From a bacterium (GTDB lineage Bacteria > Patescibacteriota > Minisyncoccia > UBA6257 > UBA9933): DNA of 64,000 nt. Below, piece after piece: positions 1 through 9,251 of the stretch (its first letter is position 1; every line of letters starts with the position of its first letter). The translations under genes and the position numbers were made by a program. The notes under the pieces are model-generated. The model did not search any database and had not been told where the DNA came from. It was given only the letters and a program-made list of their open reading frames with translations. Location of the stretch: the NCBI GenBank assembly GCA_021796335.1, contig JAJYHZ010000001.1, positions 80,360 through 144,359 on the forward strand, in the 5' to 3' direction.

Positions 1-196
1 AACAGTGGCGATCGTAATTGCGATCAGCCGCTTGATCTGCAAAAAAAGTTGTTTGAATTTTTCCAAACGGCAATCCCGCTAAATACGCGGGATAAATATA
101 GCTTTTAAAATAAACAATAAAGGGGCGGAACAATCCGCCCCTATTTTATCCCTAAATTAATTTTTATCCCTTGAATTTTTCCTTGAATAAAAAAAT

Positions 197-212
197 CCCG
201 CCAATCGGCGGG
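197..212 (-). terminator. Rho-independent terminator hairpin (CCCGCC-AATC-GGCGGG) with T-run on minus strand
   Basis: perfect 6-bp GC stem directly downstream of minus-strand CDS 229..666; minus strand reads hairpin then ATTTTTTT. Confidence 0.6.
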
Positions 213-228
213 AACTTAAGAATAACCG

Positions 229-666
229 TTATCCTACGAGTATTTTCATTATTTGATTTTTATCGCTATTGATAAAACTCGAAGCGCAGCCGATAGAATA
301 CAGGCCATGGTTGTTCCGGATGGCAACTTCGCCTCCATAAGCTGCCACAATCTGGCCATAATGATATTCATATAATTTTTCTCTGCTGTAAGGTTGCCAA
401 TTCCCCTTTCGAATTTTCCCCCAGTCTCCTTTGTTGCACCTTCCCGACGAGCCAAAAGGGATTGCCTCCTCTGCTCGTTTTATTACCTCTATTTCATACA
501 AAGTAATTTGTCCTCTATAATCTGATTGTTTGTAAAAACTGTCGTAAAGAGGGCAAATTAAGAATATAAATCCGTTTTGCATTTTGTAAATTGCTCCTTC
601 TAGGCATTGTAAATAAGGGAATTGCGGCACTCTAAACTGAATTAAATCGCCGATTCCGTATTTCAT
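229..666 (-). CDS. hypothetical protein (145 aa)
   Basis: intact ORF with downstream terminator; no motif recognised. Confidence 0.45.
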   Translation of the reverse strand: MKYGIGDLIQFRVPQFPYLQCLEGAIYKMQNGFIFLICPLYDSFYKQSDYRGQITLYEIEVIKRAEEAIPFGSSGRCNKGDWGKIRKGNWQPYSREKLYEYHYGQIVAAYGGEVAIRNNHGLYSIGCASSFINSDKNQIMKILVG

Positions 667-905
667 TTTCCCTCCTTCTTATAAAATTTTATCGTTCTGT
701 ATGTAATTCAACAATTATTTAGCTCAAATTGTCAAGCATCGCGTTTTTTTAGGTATCATAAAGGCAAATCAAAATAATTTATGCGACTAAAAAAAGAGGC
801 TGTATTTATAAATTGAATTTGCCCGATAATTTTTACTTTTGACAATAAAAACTAATTAAGTTATTAATTAAACAGAAAATAAAAGAATAGAAAGGAGGGC
901 AAGAC

Positions 906-1184
906 ATGCTTAATTTTTACGAAGTGACAGTGTTTTGCTCTCATGCGAAGAGCAATACGGGTGGCAGAACGATTTTAAAAAACAATTTCCCGCGCGCCTG
1001 GTGGGAGATTAAAAAACATATTCAGGACCATAATCCGATTTTCAAAGCAGCCTCTGATTGCAATGGATGCTGCCAAGTCCGGGTAATCGTAAAAAATTTA
1101 TCCGGAGAAAGGGAAGAGGATTATGAAAAGAAATTAAAACAGTGGCTTATGCTAATGGGCTACTGTGACAAGTTCGCAAATTAA
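906..1184 (+). CDS. hypothetical small Cys-containing protein (92 aa)
   Basis: strong SD AAAGGAGGG 6 nt upstream of ATG; terminator hairpin follows at 1207..1225. Confidence 0.5.
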   Translation: MLNFYEVTVFCSHAKSNTGGRTILKNNFPRAWWEIKKHIQDHNPIFKAASDCNGCCQVRVIVKNLSGEREEDYEKKLKQWLMLMGYCDKFAN

Positions 1185-1206
1185 ATAATTAAATAAGTTC
1201 TTTATT

Positions 1207-1225
1207 GAGGGGAACGCAGCCCCTC
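1207..1225 (+). terminator. Rho-independent terminator (GAGGGG..CCCCTC + T8)
   Basis: GC stem followed by TTTTTTTT. Confidence 0.65.
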
Positions 1226-1317
1226 TTTTTTTATTTAACTTTACAAATATAAATTTATATGATAATTTATAGCCAGTTTGTTTTTAACAAGGAAGAAGAA
1301 GAGGAGGAAGAATAAAT

Positions 1318-1530
1318 ATGCTTGAAAAGCAGAGAGAAAAATCCGAGATTCCGCTGTATGCGGCGGAAATCGGTGGTATAGTCATCCGCAGAAAAGACGG
1401 CGCCTTTGTTTTTAAAAAACCGCCTCGCGGACTCGGTTTTAAGGCGGGCAACATCGTGCCGCCGGAGTGGGACATAGTACCGCTCAACGATCTCGCGCGC
1501 CGCGAGATGGAGCGGATACGACACCACTAA
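1318..1530 (+). CDS. hypothetical protein (70 aa) in a locally GC-rich segment
   Basis: SD GAGGAGGAAG upstream of ATG; coding region much more GC-rich than surroundings; preferred over the antisense ORF 1267..1617, which lacks an RBS. Confidence 0.4.
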   Translation: MLEKQREKSEIPLYAAEIGGIVIRRKDGAFVFKKPPRGLGFKAGNIVPPEWDIVPLNDLARREMERIRHH

Positions 1531-1726
1531 AAACAAAGGGGCTGGCAATCTTTGCGCCGGCTCCTTTTTGTCTCTTGTATTTTTTTTTAATTTCGAATAA
1601 AATTTTTTTTGTTTCAATAATTTAGCAAGTCGAAAAAATTTAAAGCTGAATACTAATCAAATCGGGTATTTCAAAATCGAATTGAAATTTATCCGATGCG
1701 AAAACTTAATAAGGCTGGGGGTAGAA

Positions 1727-2164
1727 ATGTCCAAAATTTCGGAGAATACGGATTTGCGAATAAAAAATCCGGTTACGAAAGAAAATAAGCAGTTTGAAAT
1801 TCCAAGGCCTGCAACTTGGGGGAAGCACCTTATAATAGATGCCTACGGAATCGACTACAAAAAATTAAAAAACTACCGCGGCATAAGAGCGCTGTTGAAA
1901 GGATTACCGGAGAAATTCAATATGCGGCCTCTTAGCGATGTGATAACAAAGAAAGTTAAGTCGGATTTCTATCCCGACTGGGGCATTTCCGGAATTATAA
2001 TGCTTTACGAAAGCCATATATCGCTTCATACTTGGCCCGAAGAAGGCTATGTGGCAATGGATCTTTATTCCTGTAAAGATTTTGACCACGAAGCCATAAT
2101 CGAATACGTAAAAAACTTCTGGGGATCAAAAAGAATGAAGGTTAAAATGGTAATCAGGGGTTAA
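1727..2164 (+). CDS. speH: S-adenosylmethionine decarboxylase proenzyme, pyruvoyl-dependent bacterial type (SpeH); alternative upstream start at 1682
   Basis: motif YESHISLHTWPEEGY matches the AdoMetDC self-cleavage (E-S) and active-site signature; GGGGG SD before ATG at 1727. Confidence 0.75.
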   Translation: MSKISENTDLRIKNPVTKENKQFEIPRPATWGKHLIIDAYGIDYKKLKNYRGIRALLKGLPEKFNMRPLSDVITKKVKSDFYPDWGISGIIMLYESHISLHTWPEEGYVAMDLYSCKDFDHEAIIEYVKNFWGSKRMKVKMVIRG

Positions 2165-2172
2165 TAAAAAAT

Positions 2173-2190
2173 AGGAACTAATTAGTTCCT
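2173..2190 (+). terminator. terminator hairpin AGGAACT-AATT-AGTTCCT + TTTTT
   Basis: perfect 7-bp stem plus T-run after speH. Confidence 0.6.
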
Positions 2191-2199
2191 ATTTTTGTG

Positions 2200-2271
2200 T
2201 GCCTCGGGAGGGAATTGAACCCCCGACGCCAGCCTCTTCAGGGCTGCGCTCTACCACTGAGCTACCGAGGC
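2200..2271 (-). tRNA. tRNA-Phe (anticodon GAA)
   Basis: reverse complement folds into a cloverleaf: acceptor GCCTCGG/CCGAGGC, D-arm GCTCAGTGGTAGAGC, anticodon loop CUGAAGA, T-loop TTCAATT; no CCA encoded. Confidence 0.9.
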
Positions 2272-2399
2272 GTTTTATTTACGATATAAAAATTATTATT
2301 GTTCAAGATATGACCTTCAATATGCTGCGCTCGTTCCGGGGCGACTTTTCAATAATATGCTATTACGGAGTCCGCCCGTAGAAAGCGAAGCTGTTTGCT

Positions 2400-2424
2400 T
2401 TCTACCCAATGAGCTACCGAGGTA
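2400..2424 (-). pseudogene. truncated tRNA-like fragment (5' half resembling tRNA-Phe: ACCTCGGTAGCTCATTGGGTAGA)
   Basis: about 24 nt nearly identical to the acceptor and D-arm of the adjacent tRNA-Phe; no matching 3' acceptor strand downstream, so it is not a complete tRNA. Confidence 0.4.
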
Positions 2425-2517
2425 ATATCAATAAATTTCAGTATATCTTAATTTTTAAAATAAGCAATTTTAAATTTACAAATCAATCTTTTTTTGTTAA
2501 GTTTTAAAAATAGAAAC

Positions 2518-2591
2518 GGTGGGCGTAGCTCAATTGGTAGAGCTCCAGTTTGTGGCACTGGAGGTTGCGGGTTCGAGCCCCGTCGCTCACC
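2518..2591 (+). tRNA. tRNA-His (anticodon GTG) with genomically encoded G-1
   Basis: acceptor GTGGGCG/CGCTCAC with extra 5' G opposite C73; anticodon loop TTGTGGC; T-loop TTCGAGC. Confidence 0.9.
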
Positions 2592-2654
2592 CATTTTCTG
2601 CCTTTGTTTTTATCCACATTTTCATTCGCGATTAACTTGCTATAATTAAAATAA

Positions 2655-3146
2655 ATGAATCTATTTGCAGGCAGTCAAACGGAACTTTTTTTAAGGCTTT
2701 TTGTCTCATTAATTTTAGGAGCGCTTATCGGCATTGAAAGAACCGTCGCTCATAAGTCGGCAGGCATCCGAACTTTCGGTTTGGTTAGTTTGGGCTCGGC
2801 GCTTTTTGTGGTGATATCCGAGATGATTAACGTTCGATACGCTGGCGTTATGTCCCCGGATCATTTGAGAATTCCTTCTCAAATCGTTGTCGGAATCGGT
2901 TTTCTTGGTGCCGGCTTGATAATTTTAAGCGAATCAAAATTAAAAGGGCTTACGACTGCCGCCGGACTTTGGGTTTGCGCGGGAATCGGTATGGCTATCG
3001 GATTGGGATTTTACGAGCTTGCGATTTTTTCCACGATTCTCGCTATATTTATTTTAGTGGGCCTCTGGTTTTTAGAGGAAAAGGTCAAAAAAATTTCTCC
3101 CAATCAGGAGAGCGATAAAAATGATTTTTCATCAAAATATAATTGA
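2655..3146 (+). CDS. mgtC: MgtC/SapB family membrane protein
   Basis: ALIGIERTVAHKSAGIRTFGLV motif and hydrophobic profile typical of the MgtC family. Confidence 0.7.
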   Translation: MNLFAGSQTELFLRLFVSLILGALIGIERTVAHKSAGIRTFGLVSLGSALFVVISEMINVRYAGVMSPDHLRIPSQIVVGIGFLGAGLIILSESKLKGLTTAAGLWVCAGIGMAIGLGFYELAIFSTILAIFILVGLWFLEEKVKKISPNQESDKNDFSSKYN

Positions 3147-3522
3147 ACTTGCCGGACAAAATGAAAACTTCAGGCAGGTTCTAAAAACCGGCCGGCATTC
3201 GCAGGTTGTTTTAATGAGTTTGCTGCCCGGAGAGGATATTGGCAATGAAGTTCATGAAACCGTTGACCAGATTTTGATTTTCGTCGAAGGGAACGGGACT
3301 GCGGAGTTTAACAGATCCGAATCCGATTTATCGGACACCGCTCCCGAACCTGTAGAACGGGTTGATTTTAAGGCGGGGGACTTGGTTTTTGTGGATGCCG
3401 GCACTTGGCATAATTTTACAAACACCGGTTCAAATCCGTTAAAACTTTATACAATATATTCTCCCGCAAATCATCCGGCTGACCGAATTCAAAAAAATAA
3501 ACCGGCTGTTGATGACGATTAA
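3121..3522 (+). CDS. cupin domain protein
   Basis: cupin-like motif (GDLVFVDAGTWHNFTNTGSNPLKLYTIYSP); overlaps the previous gene by 26 nt. Confidence 0.55.
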   Translation: MIFHQNIIELAGQNENFRQVLKTGRHSQVVLMSLLPGEDIGNEVHETVDQILIFVEGNGTAEFNRSESDLSDTAPEPVERVDFKAGDLVFVDAGTWHNFTNTGSNPLKLYTIYSPANHPADRIQKNKPAVDDD

Positions 3523-3578
3523 AGGCCGAATCGTTTATGTAATCTTTCGCTAATCATTAGTCGTTAATAACTATTCCA

Positions 3579-3776
3579 ATGACTTTATCTGTAATCGAAC
3601 TTGTGATCCTGATTTGCGGCACTCTTTTCGCTTGGTATAACTGGATTCTGGTTTTACAGAAAAAATGCACCACCTGTTCCATTGAAGTGCATGAAAATCC
3701 GTTTTTATCCAAATGTTTTTGGGGCGCCTTGTTCTTCACCGCCGCATTAATGGTTCAAATCATAGCAATGTACTGA
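3579..3776 (+). CDS. hypothetical small membrane protein
   Basis: hydrophobic 65-aa ORF. Confidence 0.3.
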   Translation: MTLSVIELVILICGTLFAWYNWILVLQKKCTTCSIEVHENPFLSKCFWGALFFTAALMVQIIAMY

Positions 3777-3785
3777 TCTAAGAGC

Positions 3786-4256
3786 ATGAATATTTCTACT
3801 CATACGCTGGTCAATCTGGCGGTTTCTTATGGTGTGGCAAAAGCCGGACACATTAATTTTAATTTTACCGATCTGATCATGCTTTTATCCACTCAACTGA
3901 TTGATATCGATCACCTGTTCTTCTCCATGACGCTTAATGCCAAAAGAAATCCGTTTAAAACCCACTTTTTTCACAAGCACTGGAAACTTATGTCGCTGTT
4001 GGCGGTTATATGTTTATTTACCCGGATCTTTTTGTTTTTCGGAATCGGCCTGATTATTCATTTCATTTTGGATTATCTGTATATTAAAATTTATAAATTG
4101 GAAAATACTATAGACGAATCGGCTGTTGAAATAATAAATAAGCCTTCGTTTTGTTTTCAGAATAAAATTTTATATAATAAAAAAGTCATACCAAGATTTG
4201 TGCTTGTGGCGGATTATAATATAAGGATTTTATCAATAATCCGAATAAAAAATTAA
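3786..4256 (+). CDS. hypothetical membrane protein
   Basis: 156-aa ORF with multiple hydrophobic segments. Confidence 0.35.
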   Translation: MNISTHTLVNLAVSYGVAKAGHINFNFTDLIMLLSTQLIDIDHLFFSMTLNAKRNPFKTHFFHKHWKLMSLLAVICLFTRIFLFFGIGLIIHFILDYLYIKIYKLENTIDESAVEIINKPSFCFQNKILYNKKVIPRFVLVADYNIRILSIIRIKN

Positions 4257-4315
4257 TAACCAGGAACTGATTGATGTTTATTAATGGGAATAATTAATAA
4301 AATAAGAGCAGCTCT

Positions 4316-6745
4316 GTGATCAATATGGAAAAACAATTTACAAAAATTTTTAAAGAGGTCGGAATCGAGGATGTTGCCGAAGTCGGCGGGAAAAATGCTT
4401 CGCTCGGCGAAATGATTCAGGATTTGATTCCGAAAGGAGTCAATGTTCCGGACGGATTTATCGTCACTGCCACTGCATATCGTTATTTTCTGAAAAAAAC
4501 CGGCCTGGATGAATTCATAAAGAAAACATTGACCGGTTTGAATACGAGAAATTTGGCAGATCTGGCAAGTCGCGCCAGGCTGGTACGCGAAAAAATAAAA
4601 AATGCCGAATTTCCTGAAGATCTAAAAAAAGAAATTATCAAAGGGTATAGAGAACTTGAGAAACGATACGGTAAAAACGCGGATGTTGCCGTCCGCTCGT
4701 CCGCGACGGCCGAAGATTTGCCGGGTGCGTCTTTTGCCGGTGAACATGAAACTTATCTAAATATCAGGGGAACCGACCAGTTGATCGAGGCCGTACGCGC
4801 CGATATGGCTTCTCTTTTCACGGATCGCGCCATTTCCTATCGCGTTGACAAAAAATTCGATCATTTGAAAGTTGCGCTTTCCGTCGGCATCCAGAAAATG
4901 GTCCGTTCTGATTTGGGATGTTCGGGTGTTATGTTTACCGTCGATACGGAGTCAGGATTTAAAGATGTTGTCCTTATAAACGGCGCCTGGGGATTGGGTG
5001 AAATGATTGTTCAGGGAGAAGTTACTCCCGATGAATTTTTGATCTTTAAACCCAATCTGAATAATTCAAAATTTCGACCGATTATCGATAAGAAACTTGG
5101 AAATAAAAACCGCAAAATGATCTATTCCGACCATACCACTCTCGGAATAAAAACAACTAAAATCATAAATACCACTCCTAAAGAAAAAGAGTCTTGGGTT
5201 CTGACCGATCAGGAAATTTTGAAACTGGCAGAGTGGGGGAAAATTATCGAAGAGCATTACTCCAAGAAAAATGGTAAATGGACTCCTATGGATACCGAAT
5301 GGGCTAAAGACGGCAAAACCGGTCAACTTTTCATAGTTCAGGCCAGACCGGAAACCGTCCAGGCCCAAAGGGATTTTTCGAAAATTAAAGAATATAATTT
5401 GCAGGAAAAAGGAAAAGAAATTACCAAGGGAACTTCCGTTGGTAACAAAATTGCTTCCGGAAAAGCGCATATTATATTTGATATCAAGCATCTAAAAGAT
5501 TTTAAGCCGGGCGAGATTTTGGTTAGTACAATGACCGATCCTAATTTTGAACCGGTTATGAAAATCGCTTCAGCCATTGTTACGGATAAAGGTGGAAGAA
5601 CGTCTCATGCCGCCATTGTTTCCCGCGAACTGGGAATTCCTTGTATCGTAGGAACTGAAAATGCCACTAAAAAAATTAAAACCGGACAAACGATTACGGT
5701 TGATGCCAGTGGCACCGAAGGAACTGTTTATGAAGGGACTCTTAAATTTAAAATTATCGAACACGACATTAAAAAACTTCCCAAGCCGAAAACAAAAATA
5801 ATGATGAATATAGCCACACCGGATACCGCTTTCGAAAAATCGTTTTTACCCAACAGCGGAGTCGGCTTGGCACGCGAGGAATTTATTATAGCTTCAAACA
5901 TCGGCATTCATCCGAAAGCTTTGATTGATTACAAAAAATTAAGAAAAGAAAATCCCGGCGGTAAGTTAATCGGCGAAATAAACAAGCGATCAGCCGGCTA
6001 TCAGGACAAAATCCAGTTTTATGTCGACAAGCTTTCTTACGGGATTGCCAAAATCGGCGCCGCTTTTTATCCGAATCCGATTATCGTCAGATTTTCTGAT
6101 TTTAAGACAAACGAATACCGCACCTTAATCGGAGGTGATTTATACGAGCCGCATGAAGAAAATCCAATGATCGGCTGGCGCGGGGCGTCCAGATATTATC
6201 ATCCAGATTTTGCCGATGCATTTGTTTTGGAACTGAAAGCTATCAGAAAAGTCCGCGAAGAAATCGGTTTGAACAATGTCGAAGTTATGATTCCGTTCTG
6301 TCGCACGGTTGAAGAAGGAAAGAAAGTGATTGAAATAATGAAAAAGAACGGCTTGGATAGAAAATCCGGAATTAAAATCAATGTTATGTGCGAAATTCCG
6401 GCTAATGTCATTCTGGCGGATAAATTCCTTGATATTTTCGACGGTATGAGCATCGGCTCGAATGATTTGACCCAATTGACAGTCGGCATTGACCGCGATG
6501 GCAATGATAAAATCAAAAAAATCACCAATGAAAAAGACGAATCCGTTAAAACCTTGATTTCCGAAGTAATCAAAAAATGCAAAGCTCGCGGCAAATATAT
6601 CGGTATCTGCGGCCAGGCTCCGAGCGATTATCCGGATTTTGCCCAATTTTTAGTTGAGCAAGGGATAGAAAGCATATCTTTAAATCCCGATACCGTCATA
6701 AAAACCACCTTGGCGGTTGTTGAACAAGAGAGGAAATTAAAATGA
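4316..6745 (+). CDS. ppsA: phosphoenolpyruvate synthase (pyruvate, water dikinase)
   Basis: 809 aa; ATP-grasp N-domain, PEP-utilising mobile domain with phospho-His motif GGRTSHAAIVSRELGIPCIVG, C-terminal TIM-barrel motif NVMCEIP. Confidence 0.85.
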   Translation: MINMEKQFTKIFKEVGIEDVAEVGGKNASLGEMIQDLIPKGVNVPDGFIVTATAYRYFLKKTGLDEFIKKTLTGLNTRNLADLASRARLVREKIKNAEFPEDLKKEIIKGYRELEKRYGKNADVAVRSSATAEDLPGASFAGEHETYLNIRGTDQLIEAVRADMASLFTDRAISYRVDKKFDHLKVALSVGIQKMVRSDLGCSGVMFTVDTESGFKDVVLINGAWGLGEMIVQGEVTPDEFLIFKPNLNNSKFRPIIDKKLGNKNRKMIYSDHTTLGIKTTKIINTTPKEKESWVLTDQEILKLAEWGKIIEEHYSKKNGKWTPMDTEWAKDGKTGQLFIVQARPETVQAQRDFSKIKEYNLQEKGKEITKGTSVGNKIASGKAHIIFDIKHLKDFKPGEILVSTMTDPNFEPVMKIASAIVTDKGGRTSHAAIVSRELGIPCIVGTENATKKIKTGQTITVDASGTEGTVYEGTLKFKIIEHDIKKLPKPKTKIMMNIATPDTAFEKSFLPNSGVGLAREEFIIASNIGIHPKALIDYKKLRKENPGGKLIGEINKRSAGYQDKIQFYVDKLSYGIAKIGAAFYPNPIIVRFSDFKTNEYRTLIGGDLYEPHEENPMIGWRGASRYYHPDFADAFVLELKAIRKVREEIGLNNVEVMIPFCRTVEEGKKVIEIMKKNGLDRKSGIKINVMCEIPANVILADKFLDIFDGMSIGSNDLTQLTVGIDRDGNDKIKKITNEKDESVKTLISEVIKKCKARGKYIGICGQAPSDYPDFAQFLVEQGIESISLNPDTVIKTTLAVVEQERKLK

Positions 6746-7389
6746 TTACGAGGATTTATATTTTCGGCGACAGCATTACTCACGGCGCGTGGGATGAGGA
6801 AATGGGCGGGTGGGCCGATCGTCTGAAAGTTTTCTTAAACAATAAATGGTCCGAAACCAATGAATATGAAGTCTATAATTTAGGAGTCGATAATAATACA
6901 GCCGAAGATCTCTTGGACAGGTTTGAATTTGAAGTTTATCAGCGCGCAACCGATTCGATCGAAGAAATCAAAAATATTTTTATTTTTGCCATCGGCATAA
7001 ATGATTCCGCTTACTTCAAAGAAAATGATTCAAATCGCATCTCTCTGGATCAGTTTCAAGAAAATATCCAATATCTGACTGCGCTTGCCAAAAAATATTC
7101 AGAAAATATTATATTCATTGGCCTTACTCCTGTAATCGAAGAAAAAGTTTCTAAGTCCTATGCCGATGATAGTATTAATTATAAGAATAAATTTATTGGG
7201 AAATATAATAATACTGTTAGATCCGTATGCGAAAAAGATAATTTGATTTTCATCGACATCTTGAAAGAATTCCAAAAATCTGATTATAAATCCTTATTGG
7301 ACGAAGATGGCCTTCACCCGAATAGTTTGGGCCATAAAAAAATAACGGAAATCGTCCAAAAAATTCTGACCCAAAACGAATTTATTTAA
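6742..7389 (+). CDS. SGNH/GDSL family hydrolase
   Basis: N-terminal IYIFGDSITHGAWD (GDS(L) block); ATGA overlap with ppsA stop. Confidence 0.65.
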   Translation: MITRIYIFGDSITHGAWDEEMGGWADRLKVFLNNKWSETNEYEVYNLGVDNNTAEDLLDRFEFEVYQRATDSIEEIKNIFIFAIGINDSAYFKENDSNRISLDQFQENIQYLTALAKKYSENIIFIGLTPVIEEKVSKSYADDSINYKNKFIGKYNNTVRSVCEKDNLIFIDILKEFQKSDYKSLLDEDGLHPNSLGHKKITEIVQKILTQNEFI

Positions 7390-7395
7390 AGCCGC

Positions 7396-7971
7396 TTGGG
7401 TAACATTTCACCACTTGAATCGTATTTATTCATGAACAATCCGGCAGATAAGGACAAATTTAATAATCTTGCCCGGCAAATGAAATCCGGGGACGACAAA
7501 GCGGCTGGGGAAATTTTCAATTATTTCAGCCCCATATTGTATCGGTTTTTCTTATCCAGAACTTTAAATAAGCAGGTATCAGAAGATCTAACTCAGGAAG
7601 TTTTTTTAAAACTTGTCTCAAAAATAGACTTATACGATGAAGGCCTAGGTAATTTTTCCGGCTGGTTATGGCAAATAGCCCGAAATTCCTTGACTGATTA
7701 TTTCCGCAGCAAAAAAGAAACGGCTTTTTCCGATTTGCCCGATCTTGAAAATATTTTTAGCCATAAAGATTCCACGGAAAAGAACATGAAAATCAAAGAT
7801 ATTATGGCTTTAACTGAAAATTTTAATGATGATGACCGGGAAATTTTTTCCTTATACTATGTTTCCGATCTATCCTATAGAGACATAGGTAAGATTACAG
7901 GAAAGACCGAAGGATCATTGCGAATCTTGATTCATCGGATGATTAAAAAAATAAAAAAAGAAATAAATTAA
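7396..7971 (+). CDS. RNA polymerase sigma-70 family (ECF-type) sigma factor
   Basis: region 2 (QEVFLKLVSKIDLYDE...WLWQIARNSLTDYFR) and region 4 HTH (LSYRDIGKITGKTEGSLRILIHRMIKKI). Confidence 0.7.
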   Translation: MGNISPLESYLFMNNPADKDKFNNLARQMKSGDDKAAGEIFNYFSPILYRFFLSRTLNKQVSEDLTQEVFLKLVSKIDLYDEGLGNFSGWLWQIARNSLTDYFRSKKETAFSDLPDLENIFSHKDSTEKNMKIKDIMALTENFNDDDREIFSLYYVSDLSYRDIGKITGKTEGSLRILIHRMIKKIKKEIN

Positions 7972-8090
7972 TCGCGTGCACGACTTTTTTAAGAAGAATC
8001 ATGCGGAAATATCGACGAAATAAATCAAAGCGTGTCTGGAAATTTAAAATCCATAAATAATTTTAAGTCTTCAGAGAAGTTATATTCGGA

Positions 8091-8816
8091 ATGAATAAAT
8101 TCTCCGAAAAATTCCATATCTTTAAAATAAAACGCCTTTTGAGGGGAATTTTTAATCCGGATAAGAAATTCATCGAAAAAAGCCGGGCGATCTTCCTGAA
8201 AGCTTTTAAAGAAAAACCGGCCTATGTAACAAATTCGCCTGTCGCTCGTAATTATTATAAATTTAAAATTGCATTTGTTTCCGTTTTGGTATTGCTATTG
8301 CTGGCCGTGACTTCTTTTGTTTATGCGGATGTTAAGAATGTCGGACCGAACCATCCCCTATATCCGCTCAAGCGTCTCTCCGAAGGAATTCAACTGGAGT
8401 TGGCTTCAAGTAAAAATAAGGCGCAGTTGAACGACATTTTTGCCAAGCGCAGATTGGAAGAAGTCAAAGAGTTAAAAGAAAATTCCGGCCAGAATCAGAA
8501 AAATGAAAATGAAATCATGAAATTAAAAAATGATTTTGTAAATGAAGTAGAAAATGAGGAAAAAATAACAAAAAACAGCCAGAATAAAATTCTGGACCTT
8601 TGCGAGATGAGCAAGGAAATAGACGGAAGCCATCCAAGCGCCCAGTGGGTCGGTTTTCAGAAACATTGCCAAAATATTAAAAATAAAATAAATAATAAAA
8701 AAGAAAATAATGGCAACAGCAGTAAGAACGGCGATAATGAGAATGGTGGCAATTATAACAGAACAAAATCGGCACATACAGTTCCAATGAATCATTTCAG
8801 GGATGCCGGCGATTAA
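8091..8816 (+). CDS. membrane protein, putative anti-sigma factor partner
   Basis: single TM helix (IAFVSVLVLLLLAVTSFVYA) and position immediately downstream of the ECF sigma gene; Asn/Lys-rich C-terminus. Confidence 0.4.
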   Translation: MNKFSEKFHIFKIKRLLRGIFNPDKKFIEKSRAIFLKAFKEKPAYVTNSPVARNYYKFKIAFVSVLVLLLLAVTSFVYADVKNVGPNHPLYPLKRLSEGIQLELASSKNKAQLNDIFAKRRLEEVKELKENSGQNQKNENEIMKLKNDFVNEVENEEKITKNSQNKILDLCEMSKEIDGSHPSAQWVGFQKHCQNIKNKINNKKENNGNSSKNGDNENGGNYNRTKSAHTVPMNHFRDAGD

Positions 8817-8846
8817 TTTCTATTAATCGCCATATCGCTAATATGC

Positions 8847-8879
8847 AAGCCCGGATTAGACCCTAGTCCGGGCTTGCAT
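8847..8879 (+). terminator. strong hairpin GCAAGCCCGGA..TCCGGGCTTGC
   Basis: 11-bp perfect stem after the 8091..8816 gene. Confidence 0.6.
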
Positions 8880-9251
8880 GTTCTAATTTACCTTTTTTTA
8901 ATTTATTAGCTTTTTTGTTGTAGAAAATCTTGAATTACGAAACTATACTTTATATCATTCCGAATCTGCCTGATTTGCCTATCGACAGGCAGGCTTGCTT
9001 GTTCCATATTAAAATTTATTTTGTGCGGGATTTTAACCTGCTTACTGATAGGTAGACGCTGAAAGCGTCAACGTTTTATTTCATTATTCAGAATGATATG
9101 AAAATGATATAAATAAGGAGTTCCGTAATTTAAAGTGGATAACCAATCAAATTTTGAGCGATCGCAAAATATTTAATTGTATTTTCTTCTTTATATTAAC
9201 TGAATTAGTATAAAACTTCTTTTATTTATAAAAATACGATACTCTAAAATT

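Noticed and set aside
1267-1617. 116-aa minus-strand ORF overlapping 1318..1530
   Set aside because: It has no RBS and a poly-Ser low-complexity tail. The + strand ORF has a strong SD, though both are uncertain.
2199-2381. 60-aa ORF on + strand
   Set aside because: It is the antisense of tRNA-Phe and its spacer, so it is spurious.
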